Source of the DNA: Acidimicrobiia bacterium | Lineage (GTDB): Bacteria > Actinomycetota > Acidimicrobiia > Spongiisociales > JAHEDJ01 | Length of the DNA: 64,000 bases | NCBI GenBank assembly: GCA_029210695.1 | Contig: JARGFH010000005.1 | Span: forward strand, 48,834 to 112,833 | Direction: 5' to 3' | Shown here: one piece after another, positions 43,065-51,124 of the stretch | Numbering within the stretch: the first letter of the stretch is position 1 | How the letters are laid out: each line of letters begins with the position of its first letter | Notes under the pieces: model-generated | Told to the model about the DNA's origin: nothing | Seen by the model: the letters and a program-made list of their open reading frames with translations, nothing else | Database searches by the model: none | Position numbers and translations under genes: made by a program

Positions 43065-43887
43065 TGTCCAACTCACCCGCAAACAAGTCTCGCAGGCATA
43101 TGCAGAGGCAGTCGAGGCTGAGAGCTGTTGCGGCGGTGCTGCACCGAAGGGCGTGGCAGCCAAGCTGGCCGGCTACGACGAGGCCCTGCTGCGCGAGTTG
43201 CCGGCCGACGCCGTCGTCAACTCCTTTGGTTGTGGCAACCCGGTGGCGTTCGCCGCCATGGGCGAGGGCGATGCCGTCCTCGACCTCGGGTCCGGGGCGG
43301 GGATCGACTTGCTGCTGGCCGCCAAGAAGGTCGGGCCGACCGGCTCGGTCATCGGTATCGACATGACCGACGAGATGATTGCGAGGGCCCGGGAGAACAT
43401 CGCCGCCGCCGGTCTCGAGAACGTGGAGATCCGGAAGGGGATCATTGAGGAACTGCCGGTCGAAGATGCCTCGGTCGACTGGGTCATTTCCAATTGCGTG
43501 ATCAACCTCTCGCCGGAGAAGGATCGTGTGTTCGCCGAGATTGCGCGCGTCTTGAAGCCGGGAGGCCGCATGTCGGTGTCGGACATCGTCGCCGAGGCAT
43601 TGCCCGACTGGGTGCGAGCGGACGAAACCCTATACAACTCGTGTATCAGCGGGGCGATCAATGAATCCGACTACCTGCGTGGATTAGCGGCGGCCGGCCT
43701 GGTCGACGTGCAAGTCGAGGAGCGGTTGCCGTACGACACGGCCCAGATGGAGGCGCTGCTCGTCTCTGAGCTTCTCGGCGAGCCCGCCTCCGGGTGCTGC
43801 GGCTCCGGACAGACCGACGTCGCCAAGGTGGCCGAGTCGGTGGCGGGCAACGTTTGGAGCGCCAGGGTCACCGCCCGCAAACCCTGA
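43057..43887 (+). CDS. arsM: Arsenite S-adenosylmethionine methyltransferase
   Basis: SCCG, FGCGNP, LDLGSGAG, GIDMTDEM, ISNCVINL, VLKPGG, SCISGA. Confidence 0.92.
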   Translation: MTDVQLTRKQVSQAYAEAVEAESCCGGAAPKGVAAKLAGYDEALLRELPADAVVNSFGCGNPVAFAAMGEGDAVLDLGSGAGIDLLLAAKKVGPTGSVIGIDMTDEMIARARENIAAAGLENVEIRKGIIEELPVEDASVDWVISNCVINLSPEKDRVFAEIARVLKPGGRMSVSDIVAEALPDWVRADETLYNSCISGAINESDYLRGLAAAGLVDVQVEERLPYDTAQMEALLVSELLGEPASGCCGSGQTDVAKVAESVAGNVWSARVTARKP

Positions 43888-43892
43888 CCCGA

Positions 43893-44004
43893 TTTCTCCG
43901 CAATGCTGTGTACGGAATTCGCACCATTGCATTGCCGAGAAAACCCGGGTTGATTTCTGCGCAATGCTGTGTACGGAATTCGCGCCATTGCATTGCCGAG
44001 AAAA
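43893..44004. repeat. REP-like palindrome, family B, tandem pair 2 (inverted relative to pair 1)
   Basis: Two units TTTCT(C/G)CGCAATGCTGTGTACGGAATTCGC(A/G)CCATTGCATTGCCGAGAAAA, period 61. Confidence 0.9.
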
Positions 44005-44009
44005 CTCGA

Positions 44010-44855
44010 TCAGCGGGAGCGGCGCCGGTTCCAGCGTCGGTAGAGGTCTACCCAGAGCGGGTCGAATCCGGCCTCGTCGGCGGCCGGCTGATCCTCCACG
44101 GGATCCGGAGTCGCCGGCGTCGTTTGTCCACGGAGTTCCGCCAAGCGCTCCCGGAGGAACACCACCTCGGTCTCGGCTTTGGCGGCGCGTTCCCTGGCAT
44201 CCGCCAACTGCTGGCCGGCCTCGTGGAGGTTGCCCAACTGGTTGAGCATCTTGTTCCACGCATCCAGCGGAACCAGCATCGTGCCTTCAGGGACCTCGGG
44301 CGTGACCGGCTGTGAAACGATTGGTTGTGTTTCAGGGTGATCGGTCGCCGGTTGCTCGTCGCCAGTTGGAGCCTCTTCGGCAGGTTCCGTCGACTGTGCC
44401 TGTACGTCTTCGTCTCCGTCTTCGTCCTTGTCTTCGTCTTCGTCCTTGTCTTCGTCAGACGCGTCCGACCCGCTCGCGTCCACTTCTTCACTAGCGACGA
44501 GCGACTCGCGACTCGGAACTTCTTGACTCGCGACTCGCGACTCGCGACTCGGAACTTCTTCACTAGCGACCCGCGACTCGCGACTCGCGACCTGGGTGTG
44601 CTGGCGCCCCAGGTGATCGGCCCAGGCGATCACCTCGGACAACTCCACGTATCTCCGGTCTCCGGTCTCGTCCAGCTCGAAGCGTGAATCGATGCGCTGC
44701 TTGCGGGCCCAGTTCCGGATGGTCGAAGCGGGGATCCCGGTGAGTTCTCCGGCGTCGTGCAAATCGACCCAGCGTTCGTTGCTTGACGTGTCCTGGGGGA
44801 GCGGGTCGGCCGGTCTGGTTTGCTGGCTGGGGACGGGTCGTCGTGAATCTGTCAT
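44010..44855 (-). CDS. Hypothetical protein: Xis/MerR-like HTH, acidic repeat linker, coiled coil
   Basis: DAGELTGIPASTIRNWARK; repeat linker; LHEAGQQLADARERAAKAETEVVFLRERLAEL. Confidence 0.75.
   Translation of the reverse strand: MTDSRRPVPSQQTRPADPLPQDTSSNERWVDLHDAGELTGIPASTIRNWARKQRIDSRFELDETGDRRYVELSEVIAWADHLGRQHTQVASRESRVASEEVPSRESRVASQEVPSRESLVASEEVDASGSDASDEDKDEDEDKDEDGDEDVQAQSTEPAEEAPTGDEQPATDHPETQPIVSQPVTPEVPEGTMLVPLDAWNKMLNQLGNLHEAGQQLADARERAAKAETEVVFLRERLAELRGQTTPATPDPVEDQPAADEAGFDPLWVDLYRRWNRRRSR
44482..44592. repeat. Three 36-nt tandem units built from GCGACTC heptamers inside a CDS
   Basis: Units begin ACTTCTT at 44482, 44518, 44554. Confidence 0.9.
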
Positions 44856-44975
44856 CGCCGCCAGGATACGACAGCTCAATCGAACCAGGAACTCAGAAGC
44901 TGGAACTAGTTCGTGTTCCCCTATCAAACTCGCCATGAGTTAGATAGACTCAGAGTGGTGAAACGGTCACAGGCG

Positions 44976-45596
44976 ATGAGGCTGGTCGTGGCGGCGGTGC
45001 TGGTTGCACTGGTTGCTTCCGCCTGCGAAACCGTCGAATCCGAGGGAGCGCCCGCCACCACCACGACCGAACGCCTCGAGGTGCTCGATGTGACCGTGAC
45101 GACGAGACCGGGGGTCATTCCGAGGGACGCCACGGCCGGATCCGGCGTGCTGCGGGTTGCCCAGCACAGCAGCGCCACGATGGTCACCACAACGACGTCG
45201 ACTTCGACGACGACCTCCACCACTACCACCACCCCGACCCGACCCCTCGTCCCGTTCCCGGCCGTGCCGTTGCTCACCATCTTCGAGGCGGCTGAGAAGA
45301 AAGCGGTCCACGTGGTCTCCGACCCCTACACCATTGAACCGGACGGGTGCGAGGGGGTCATCTGGACGGCCGGCGGCAACGATTGGTCGGCATTCGTGGT
45401 GACTTCGGCGACGGCCGACGGATACTGCGAGATATGGTTGGGCGGGCAATCAGAGAACCCCGATTACACCGGCAACCCGTTCCTGTACTGCCTCTTGCCT
45501 GAAGATCACGACCCCGTGAAGGTGGCCTCAGACGCCAATTCCGACTGGGTGGCCGAACCGGGGCTATGTGCCCCAACCGGGTTCGACCAGGGCTGA
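44976..45596 (+). CDS. Hypothetical lipoprotein
   Basis: Lipobox VASAC, Thr stalk, four further Cys in the C-terminal domain. Confidence 0.7.
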   Translation: MRLVVAAVLVALVASACETVESEGAPATTTTERLEVLDVTVTTRPGVIPRDATAGSGVLRVAQHSSATMVTTTTSTSTTTSTTTTTPTRPLVPFPAVPLLTIFEAAEKKAVHVVSDPYTIEPDGCEGVIWTAGGNDWSAFVVTSATADGYCEIWLGGQSENPDYTGNPFLYCLLPEDHDPVKVASDANSDWVAEPGLCAPTGFDQG

Positions 45597-45646
45597 CCGC
45601 CCCGTTGTCGTGCAACGCGGCGTCGGGTCCCTAGGATTCCCCCTAC

Positions 45647-46204
45647 ATGCCAGATGAAGCAGAGATTCGTAAGGTCGTTCGACGCGTCGTCGAAGGCCTC
45701 GTCCCGGACGACGCCACGCCACCCGGCGGGGAGCAGGCAGAGCACCCCGTGATTGCTGTCGGAGCCGATCATGGTGGATATCCGCTCAAGGAACGGATCG
45801 GGTTTCGGCTGAAGGAGGCCGGCTACGAGGTGATCGACTGCGGTACGGATTCCGCAGATCCGGTGGATTATCCGGACATCGCCCACAAGGTGGCCCGCAA
45901 GGTGGCGGACGGCGAGGCAACCTACGGTGTCATCATTGACGGCGCCGGCATCGGGTCTGCCATAGTGGCCAACAAGGTCCCCGGAGTGCGTGCAGCTCTC
46001 TGTTACGACCTTTCGAGCGCCCGCAACAGTCGGGAACACAATCATGCCAACATCCTCACGCTTGGAGCGGGATTGATCGGCGACGGGCTAGCGTGGCAGA
46101 TCACACAGGAATGGCTCGCCACGCCGTGGGCACCCGGCCGGCATGCTGCCCGCATCACCAAGATGATGGAATACGAGCAGCGCTATGTGAGAGATGAAAC
46201 ATGA
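45647..46204 (+). CDS. rpiB: RpiB/LacAB family sugar-phosphate isomerase with N-terminal extension (BMC-associated)
   Basis: VGADHGG..LK, VDYPDIA, ANKVPGVRAALC, REHNHANILTLG. Confidence 0.9.
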   Translation: MPDEAEIRKVVRRVVEGLVPDDATPPGGEQAEHPVIAVGADHGGYPLKERIGFRLKEAGYEVIDCGTDSADPVDYPDIAHKVARKVADGEATYGVIIDGAGIGSAIVANKVPGVRAALCYDLSSARNSREHNHANILTLGAGLIGDGLAWQITQEWLATPWAPGRHAARITKMMEYEQRYVRDET

Positions 46205-47052
46205 ATCGCGAAGAACTCATTGAGGCGGTGACCGCAGAAGTGCTGGCTGCGCTGTCTGGTTCCACCGACCCTGATGCCGACTGCGAAGGTGCCTGCGCCG
46301 CCCACAGCCCCGACAAGGTGCGGAAGATCGTCGCCAATGGGGCCGGGCGGGTCAGTTACCGGGGAAACGGCGCGGAGGTTCCCCTCGACCTCGCCAAGTT
46401 CATCGATCACACGCTGCTCAAACCCGATGCCACAGCCGATGACATCGACCTGCTCTGTAGAGAAGCCATGGACTACGGATTTGCCGCCGTGTGCGTGAAC
46501 CCGGCCTGGGTGAAGCGGGCGGCCACCAACCTGCGCGGCACCGATGTCCGGGTCGCCTCGGTCGTCGGGTTCCCGTTCGGAGCGACCACCCCGGACATCA
46601 AGGCCATGGAAACCCGCAGAGTGCTGCGGGACGGCGCCCGTGAGATCGACATGGTGATCAACATCGGAGCCCTCAAATCGGGTCAATTCGATGAAGTTCG
46701 AGAGGACATCGCCCGGGTCTCGGATGCGTGCCACGAGGTCGGGGCCATCAACAAGGTGATCATCGAGACCAGCCTCCTCCAGGACGAGGAGAAAGTCATG
46801 GCCTCTCACCTGGCCAAGGAAGCCAAGGCCGATTACGTCAAGACATCCACCGGATACGCCGGTGGGGGAGCAACGGTCCATGACGTGCTGCTCATGCGTG
46901 AGACGGTTGGACCGGACATGGGAGTCAAAGCGTCTGGCGGTGTCCGCAACCGGGCAGATGCCGAAGAGATGATCGCGGCCGGCGCCACTCGAATCGGCGC
47001 TTCGGCCGGTATCTCAATCGTCACGGGAGGAACATCGAGTGAGCAATATTGA
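46201..47052 (+). CDS. deoC: Deoxyribose-phosphate aldolase with N-terminal extension (BMC-associated)
   Basis: [53 protein letters not shown]. Confidence 0.96.
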   Translation: MNREELIEAVTAEVLAALSGSTDPDADCEGACAAHSPDKVRKIVANGAGRVSYRGNGAEVPLDLAKFIDHTLLKPDATADDIDLLCREAMDYGFAAVCVNPAWVKRAATNLRGTDVRVASVVGFPFGATTPDIKAMETRRVLRDGAREIDMVINIGALKSGQFDEVREDIARVSDACHEVGAINKVIIETSLLQDEEKVMASHLAKEAKADYVKTSTGYAGGGATVHDVLLMRETVGPDMGVKASGGVRNRADAEEMIAAGATRIGASAGISIVTGGTSSEQY

Positions 47053-47662
47053 CCTGCGGTCCTTCGTCTTTCTAGACAGCCTTCAACCGCAGTACGCGGC
47101 GTTCATCGGCACGACTGCCCAGGGGTTCTTGCCGCTCGCATACGATGCATCACTGTTCGTCGAGATCGCGCCTGGAATCGAGATCAACCGTGTCACCGAC
47201 ATCGCCTTGAAGTCGAATCAGGTCAAGCCCGGCATGCAGATCGTCGAGCGTTACTACGGACTTCTCGAGATCCACTCGCCTGAGCAGGCGGAGGCCCGGG
47301 GGGCGGGGGCTGCGATCCTCGATGCGATCGGCCTGGCCGAGTCGGATCGCCTGAAGCCGAAAATTCTCTCGAGTCAGATCGTTCGCCGAATCGACGATCA
47401 TCAGGCGCAACTGATCAACCGGATGCGACATGGGAACATGATCATCCCGGGGCAGACGCTCTACGTGCTCGAGTGTGAGCCGGCCGCCTACGCGGCGCTG
47501 GCCGCCAACGAGGCCGAGAAAGCCTCCAAGATCAACGTGCTGGAGGTGCGGGCATTCGGGTCGATGGGCCGGGTCTACCTCGGTGGAGAGGAAGCGGACA
47601 TCGACGTGGGTTGGAGGGCGGCCGTTGCCGCTTTGGAAGGTTTGGAAGGCCGCGAGCAATAA
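47039..47662 (+). CDS. BMC-T shell protein, stacking double-layer (CcmP/CsoS1D-like) type
   Basis: [51 protein letters not shown]. Confidence 0.88.
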   Translation: MSNIDLRSFVFLDSLQPQYAAFIGTTAQGFLPLAYDASLFVEIAPGIEINRVTDIALKSNQVKPGMQIVERYYGLLEIHSPEQAEARGAGAAILDAIGLAESDRLKPKILSSQIVRRIDDHQAQLINRMRHGNMIIPGQTLYVLECEPAAYAALAANEAEKASKINVLEVRAFGSMGRVYLGGEEADIDVGWRAAVAALEGLEGREQ

Positions 47663-47680
47663 CGACGAGGAGGAGAGCCA

Positions 47681-47977
47681 ATGGCCGACGCCCTTGGAAT
47701 GATCGAAGCGAGAAGCTTCGCAGCAATGGTCGAAGCTGCCGACGCGATGGTGAAGGCAGCCAAAGTGGAACTGGTCTCCTATGAGGAGACGGGAGGCGGC
47801 TACGTGACCGCCGTCGTCCGCGGTGATGTCGCAGCCGTGAAGGCGGCCGTAGAGGCAGGCGTACGCGGCGCCGAGCGTGTCGGTGAAGTGGTCGCAAGCC
47901 ATGTCATCGCCCGTCCGCACACCAACATCGATCTCGTGCTCCCGCTCGGCCGTGCCGACGAGGCAGGCAAGGAGTAA
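47681..47977 (+). CDS. BMC-H hexameric shell protein
   Basis: [34 protein letters not shown]. Confidence 0.96.
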   Translation: MADALGMIEARSFAAMVEAADAMVKAAKVELVSYEETGGGYVTAVVRGDVAAVKAAVEAGVRGAERVGEVVASHVIARPHTNIDLVLPLGRADEAGKE

Positions 47978-47988
47978 GGAGGGAGCGC

Positions 47989-48276
47989 ATGCTCCTCGGA
48001 CGTGTATCTGGCACCCTCGTCGCCAGCCGGAAAGAGCCGCGCTTATCGGGGCTCAAGTTCCTCGTGCTCAGCCAACTCGACGTCGACAACACAGAAACCG
48101 GCGGCTACGTGGTAGCCGCCGATGCGGTCGGGGCCGGCGTCGGGGAGGTCGTTCTCTATGCAACCGGCAGCTCGGCAAGGCAGACCGAGTTCACACACGA
48201 ACGGCCGTGTGACGCGGTGGTCATGGCGATTGTCGACACCTGGGAGGTCGGCGGTGATGAGCGCTACCACAAGTAA
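47989..48276 (+). CDS. BMC-P vertex pentamer (EutN/CcmL family) 1
   Basis: [36 protein letters not shown]. Confidence 0.95.
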   Translation: MLLGRVSGTLVASRKEPRLSGLKFLVLSQLDVDNTETGGYVVAADAVGAGVGEVVLYATGSSARQTEFTHERPCDAVVMAIVDTWEVGGDERYHK

Positions 48277-48279
48277 TCC

Positions 48280-49743
48280 ATGAGCCGTCTCACCAGCGAA
48301 GAGATCCGGGCGATCATCGACCGGGTCGATCGGAGGCTCGGCGAGGTTTCCTCATCGGACCGTCCGGCATCGACGCTGCGTGCTCAGGCGGAGCTGGCAG
48401 CCTCGGAAGCTGAGTTAGGCGACGGCATCTACCGGACCATCGACGAAGCGGTGGCCGCCGCCGGTCGAGCCCACCGAGCTTATGCGGCCATGGGCCTCGA
48501 GACCCGCAAAGCGATCGTGGCGTCCATGCGGAAATCCATGCTCGAGCATGCAGAGCAACTCGCCTTGCTGGCCCATACCGAGACCGGGCTGGGGAGGTAT
48601 GAGGACAAGATCCGCAAGAACAGGGTCGTTGCACTCAAGACACCAGGTCCCGAGGATCTCGAACCGGTAGCTATCAGCGGCGATCGAGGCATGGCAGTGA
48701 TCGAATGGGCGCCGTTCGGGTTGGTCGGCGCCATCACGCCGACCACGAATCCAACGTCGACGATCATCAACAACGCCATAGCCATCGTATCCGCCGGCAA
48801 CGCCGCCGTCTTCAATGTTCATCCGAACGCCAAGCGGGTCTCAGCCGAGAACATCCGCTTGCTCAACCGGGCGATCGAGGCAGCCGGCGGCCCGCCGGAT
48901 CTGATCACGGCCATCCCCGATCCAACGATCGACTCTGCCAAAGCGTTGATGCACCATCCCGACGTACCGGTCCTCCTCGTCACCGGTGGTCCGGGTGTGG
49001 TGCGCGAGGCGCAGCAGACGTCCAAGCGGGCGGTGGCGGCCGGGCCGGGAAATCCGCCGGCGGTGGTCGATGAGACCGCCGATATCGACCGGGCAGCTGC
49101 CGCCATCGTGGCCGGTGCATCGTTTGACAACAACATCATCTGTGTTGACGAGAAGGAAGCGATCGTGGTCGACTCAGTCGCCGACCGCCTCCTGCGGGCC
49201 ATGGCGAACAGCGGGGCGTACCTGCTCAAGCAGCATGAACTCCAGCGACTCGAGCGAGTCATCTTTCGGGAACTCGGCCAGCCGAACAAACCCGGCGTCA
49301 TCAACCCGCAGTGGATCGGCAAGAACGCCTCCGAGATCCTGGCCCAAATCGGCGTGCAGGTTGCCGACGATGTCCGCCTGATCGTCGCCGATGTACCTCG
49401 CCAGCACAGTCTGGTTTGGACGGAGCAGATGATGCCGGTCTTCCCGGTGGTCCGGGTTCCGAACGTTGACGTGGCCATCGACCTCGCCGTCGAGGTCGAG
49501 CACGGTTTCCGGCACACCGCCGGCATCCACTCGACCAACGTCGAAACCATCACGCGCATGGCCAAGGCGATGAACTGCTCGATCTTCGTGGCCAACGGAC
49601 CGTTTTATGCCGGCCTCGGCGAGGGAGGCGAGGGGTATTCGTCGTTCTCGATCGCCAGTCCGACCGGTGATGGCCTCACCCGCCCGCGTACCTTCTCGCG
49701 GGAGCGCCGGGTCACCGTGGTCGGTGCCCTGAGGATTGTCTAA
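48280..49743 (+). CDS. CoA-acylating aldehyde dehydrogenase (EutE/PduP-like) with encapsulation peptide
   Basis: ITPTTNPTST, VTGGPGVV, GPGNPP, FDNNIICVDEK (catalytic Cys), EQMMPV, EHGFRHTA, TGDGLT. Confidence 0.93.
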   Translation: MSRLTSEEIRAIIDRVDRRLGEVSSSDRPASTLRAQAELAASEAELGDGIYRTIDEAVAAAGRAHRAYAAMGLETRKAIVASMRKSMLEHAEQLALLAHTETGLGRYEDKIRKNRVVALKTPGPEDLEPVAISGDRGMAVIEWAPFGLVGAITPTTNPTSTIINNAIAIVSAGNAAVFNVHPNAKRVSAENIRLLNRAIEAAGGPPDLITAIPDPTIDSAKALMHHPDVPVLLVTGGPGVVREAQQTSKRAVAAGPGNPPAVVDETADIDRAAAAIVAGASFDNNIICVDEKEAIVVDSVADRLLRAMANSGAYLLKQHELQRLERVIFRELGQPNKPGVINPQWIGKNASEILAQIGVQVADDVRLIVADVPRQHSLVWTEQMMPVFPVVRVPNVDVAIDLAVEVEHGFRHTAGIHSTNVETITRMAKAMNCSIFVANGPFYAGLGEGGEGYSSFSIASPTGDGLTRPRTFSRERRVTVVGALRIV

Positions 49744-50333
49744 TGCCCATGCAGCCGGCCGTCGCTCTCCTCGAGTTCGACTCGATTGCAATCGGCATCG
49801 AAACCGGCGACGCCATGATCAAACGGGCACCGCTCGATGTGATCAAAGCCGGGACGGTTCATCCCGGGAAGTACCTGGTGCTGGTTGGTGGCCGGGTGGC
49901 CGATGTCGAAGAGGCGCTCGAGGCAGGCCGCCTCGTGGGGTCCGAGCACCTGATCGACGAGATGGTGCTGCGTGATGTGCACGATGACGTGGTGGCGGCG
50001 CTGGCCGGGTTTCGCCACGCCGGTGATGGTGAAGCGCTTGGTGTCATTGAGACGACGACCGTGGCGGCCATCATCGAAGCTGCAGACGCCGGCGTGAAGG
50101 GAGCGAGGGTCACGTTGCGGGAGATCCGCATGGCAGATGGATTGGGCGGCAAGGGATACCTCCTGTTCGACGGCCCGGTCGCCGAGGTCGAAGCGGCCGT
50201 CGAGATCGGCTCCGATCGGGTGCCCGATCAGCTCGTCGCCCGGCGGGTGATTGCCCAGATCCATGCCGAGATGGACGAGAACCTGGTAGCCGACGGTCGA
50301 TTCCGCCCGCGGATGCGAGGTGGAACCCAGTGA
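49743..50333 (+). CDS. BMC-T shell protein, PduT-like
   Basis: LEFDSIAIGIETGDAMIK, PGKYLVLVGG, ADAGVKGA, GLGGKGY. Confidence 0.9.
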   Translation: MPMQPAVALLEFDSIAIGIETGDAMIKRAPLDVIKAGTVHPGKYLVLVGGRVADVEEALEAGRLVGSEHLIDEMVLRDVHDDVVAALAGFRHAGDGEALGVIETTTVAAIIEAADAGVKGARVTLREIRMADGLGGKGYLLFDGPVAEVEAAVEIGSDRVPDQLVARRVIAQIHAEMDENLVADGRFRPRMRGGTQ

Positions 50334-50400
50334 GCCGGGGTGCGATCTGCAGCGGTTCTGTGCGACGCTTCGAGTCGCCGGGAGGTCGCAACTGGGTCGG

Positions 50401-50460
50401 TCCCCCCGGAGGGGGGAAGGTACCTGCGCCGGAGCGAAGCGGAGGCGGAGGTAGGGGGGC
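50401..50460. repeat. GC-rich two-hairpin intergenic element
   Basis: TCCCCCC-GGA-GGGGGGA and TACCTGCGCC-GGAGCGAAGCGGA-GGCGGAGGTA. Confidence 0.55.
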
Positions 50461-50508
50461 CAACCGGCAAACACCGTCCGCGGAACAAGATACCCGTCGG
50501 GGGGGTTC

Positions 50509-50784
50509 ATGCAGTTAGGCCGTGTCATCGGGACGGTGGTGGCTACCGAAAAGACCCCGAACCTCGAAGGGGTGAAGTTTCTCATCGTGCAGCCGCTGAC
50601 GAAGGAACTCGAGCCGACCGGCAGGGCAGTGGTAGCCGCCGACGGGGTAGCGATGACCGGACCCGGCGAACTCGTCTATATCGTCGATTCGCGCGAGGCT
50701 GCCCAGGCCATGCCGGAACCATTCGTGCCGGTGGACCACGCGATTGTCGGCATCGTTGATGACGTGACCCTGGAGGGCTCATGA
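50509..50784 (+). CDS. BMC-P vertex pentamer 2
   Basis: MQLGRVIGTVVATEK, VAADGV, VDHAIVGIVD. Confidence 0.95.
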   Translation: MQLGRVIGTVVATEKTPNLEGVKFLIVQPLTKELEPTGRAVVAADGVAMTGPGELVYIVDSREAAQAMPEPFVPVDHAIVGIVDDVTLEGS

Positions 50785-50790
50785 ATCTCG

Positions 50791-50818
50791 AGTCGCGAGT
50801 CGCGGGTCGCGGGTTGCG
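50791..50818. repeat. Heptamer array (A/G)GT(C/T)GCG x4
   Basis: AGTCGCG AGTCGCG GGTCGCG GGTTGCG. Confidence 0.85.
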
Positions 50819-50854
50819 CCGTACAAGGTTCGGGTACCCCGAAGGGGAGTCCGC

Positions 50855-51124
50855 ATGAAGATCGCCAGAGTGGTCGGCACGGTCGTCTCCACGATCAGCG
50901 CACCGATCTTCGATGGGCAACGGCTCCTGCTCTGCGACTACGTCGACCCGACCGGTGAGCCGACGGGCGGCTACGTCATCGCCGTCGACGTGGTCGATGC
51001 CGGGGCGGGCGAAACGGTCCTCATCCTCGATGAGGGTACGAGCGCCCGGCAAATCATGGGCGAGAAGGTGGCGCCGATTCGGGCGATTGTCGTAGGTGTG
51101 GTGGATGAAGTGGAGGCGTCGTGA
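50855..51124 (+). CDS. BMC-P vertex pentamer 3
   Basis: MKIARVVGTVVST, AVDVVDAGAGETVL, IRAIVVGVVD. Confidence 0.95.
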   Translation: MKIARVVGTVVSTISAPIFDGQRLLLCDYVDPTGEPTGGYVIAVDVVDAGAGETVLILDEGTSARQIMGEKVAPIRAIVVGVVDEVEAS

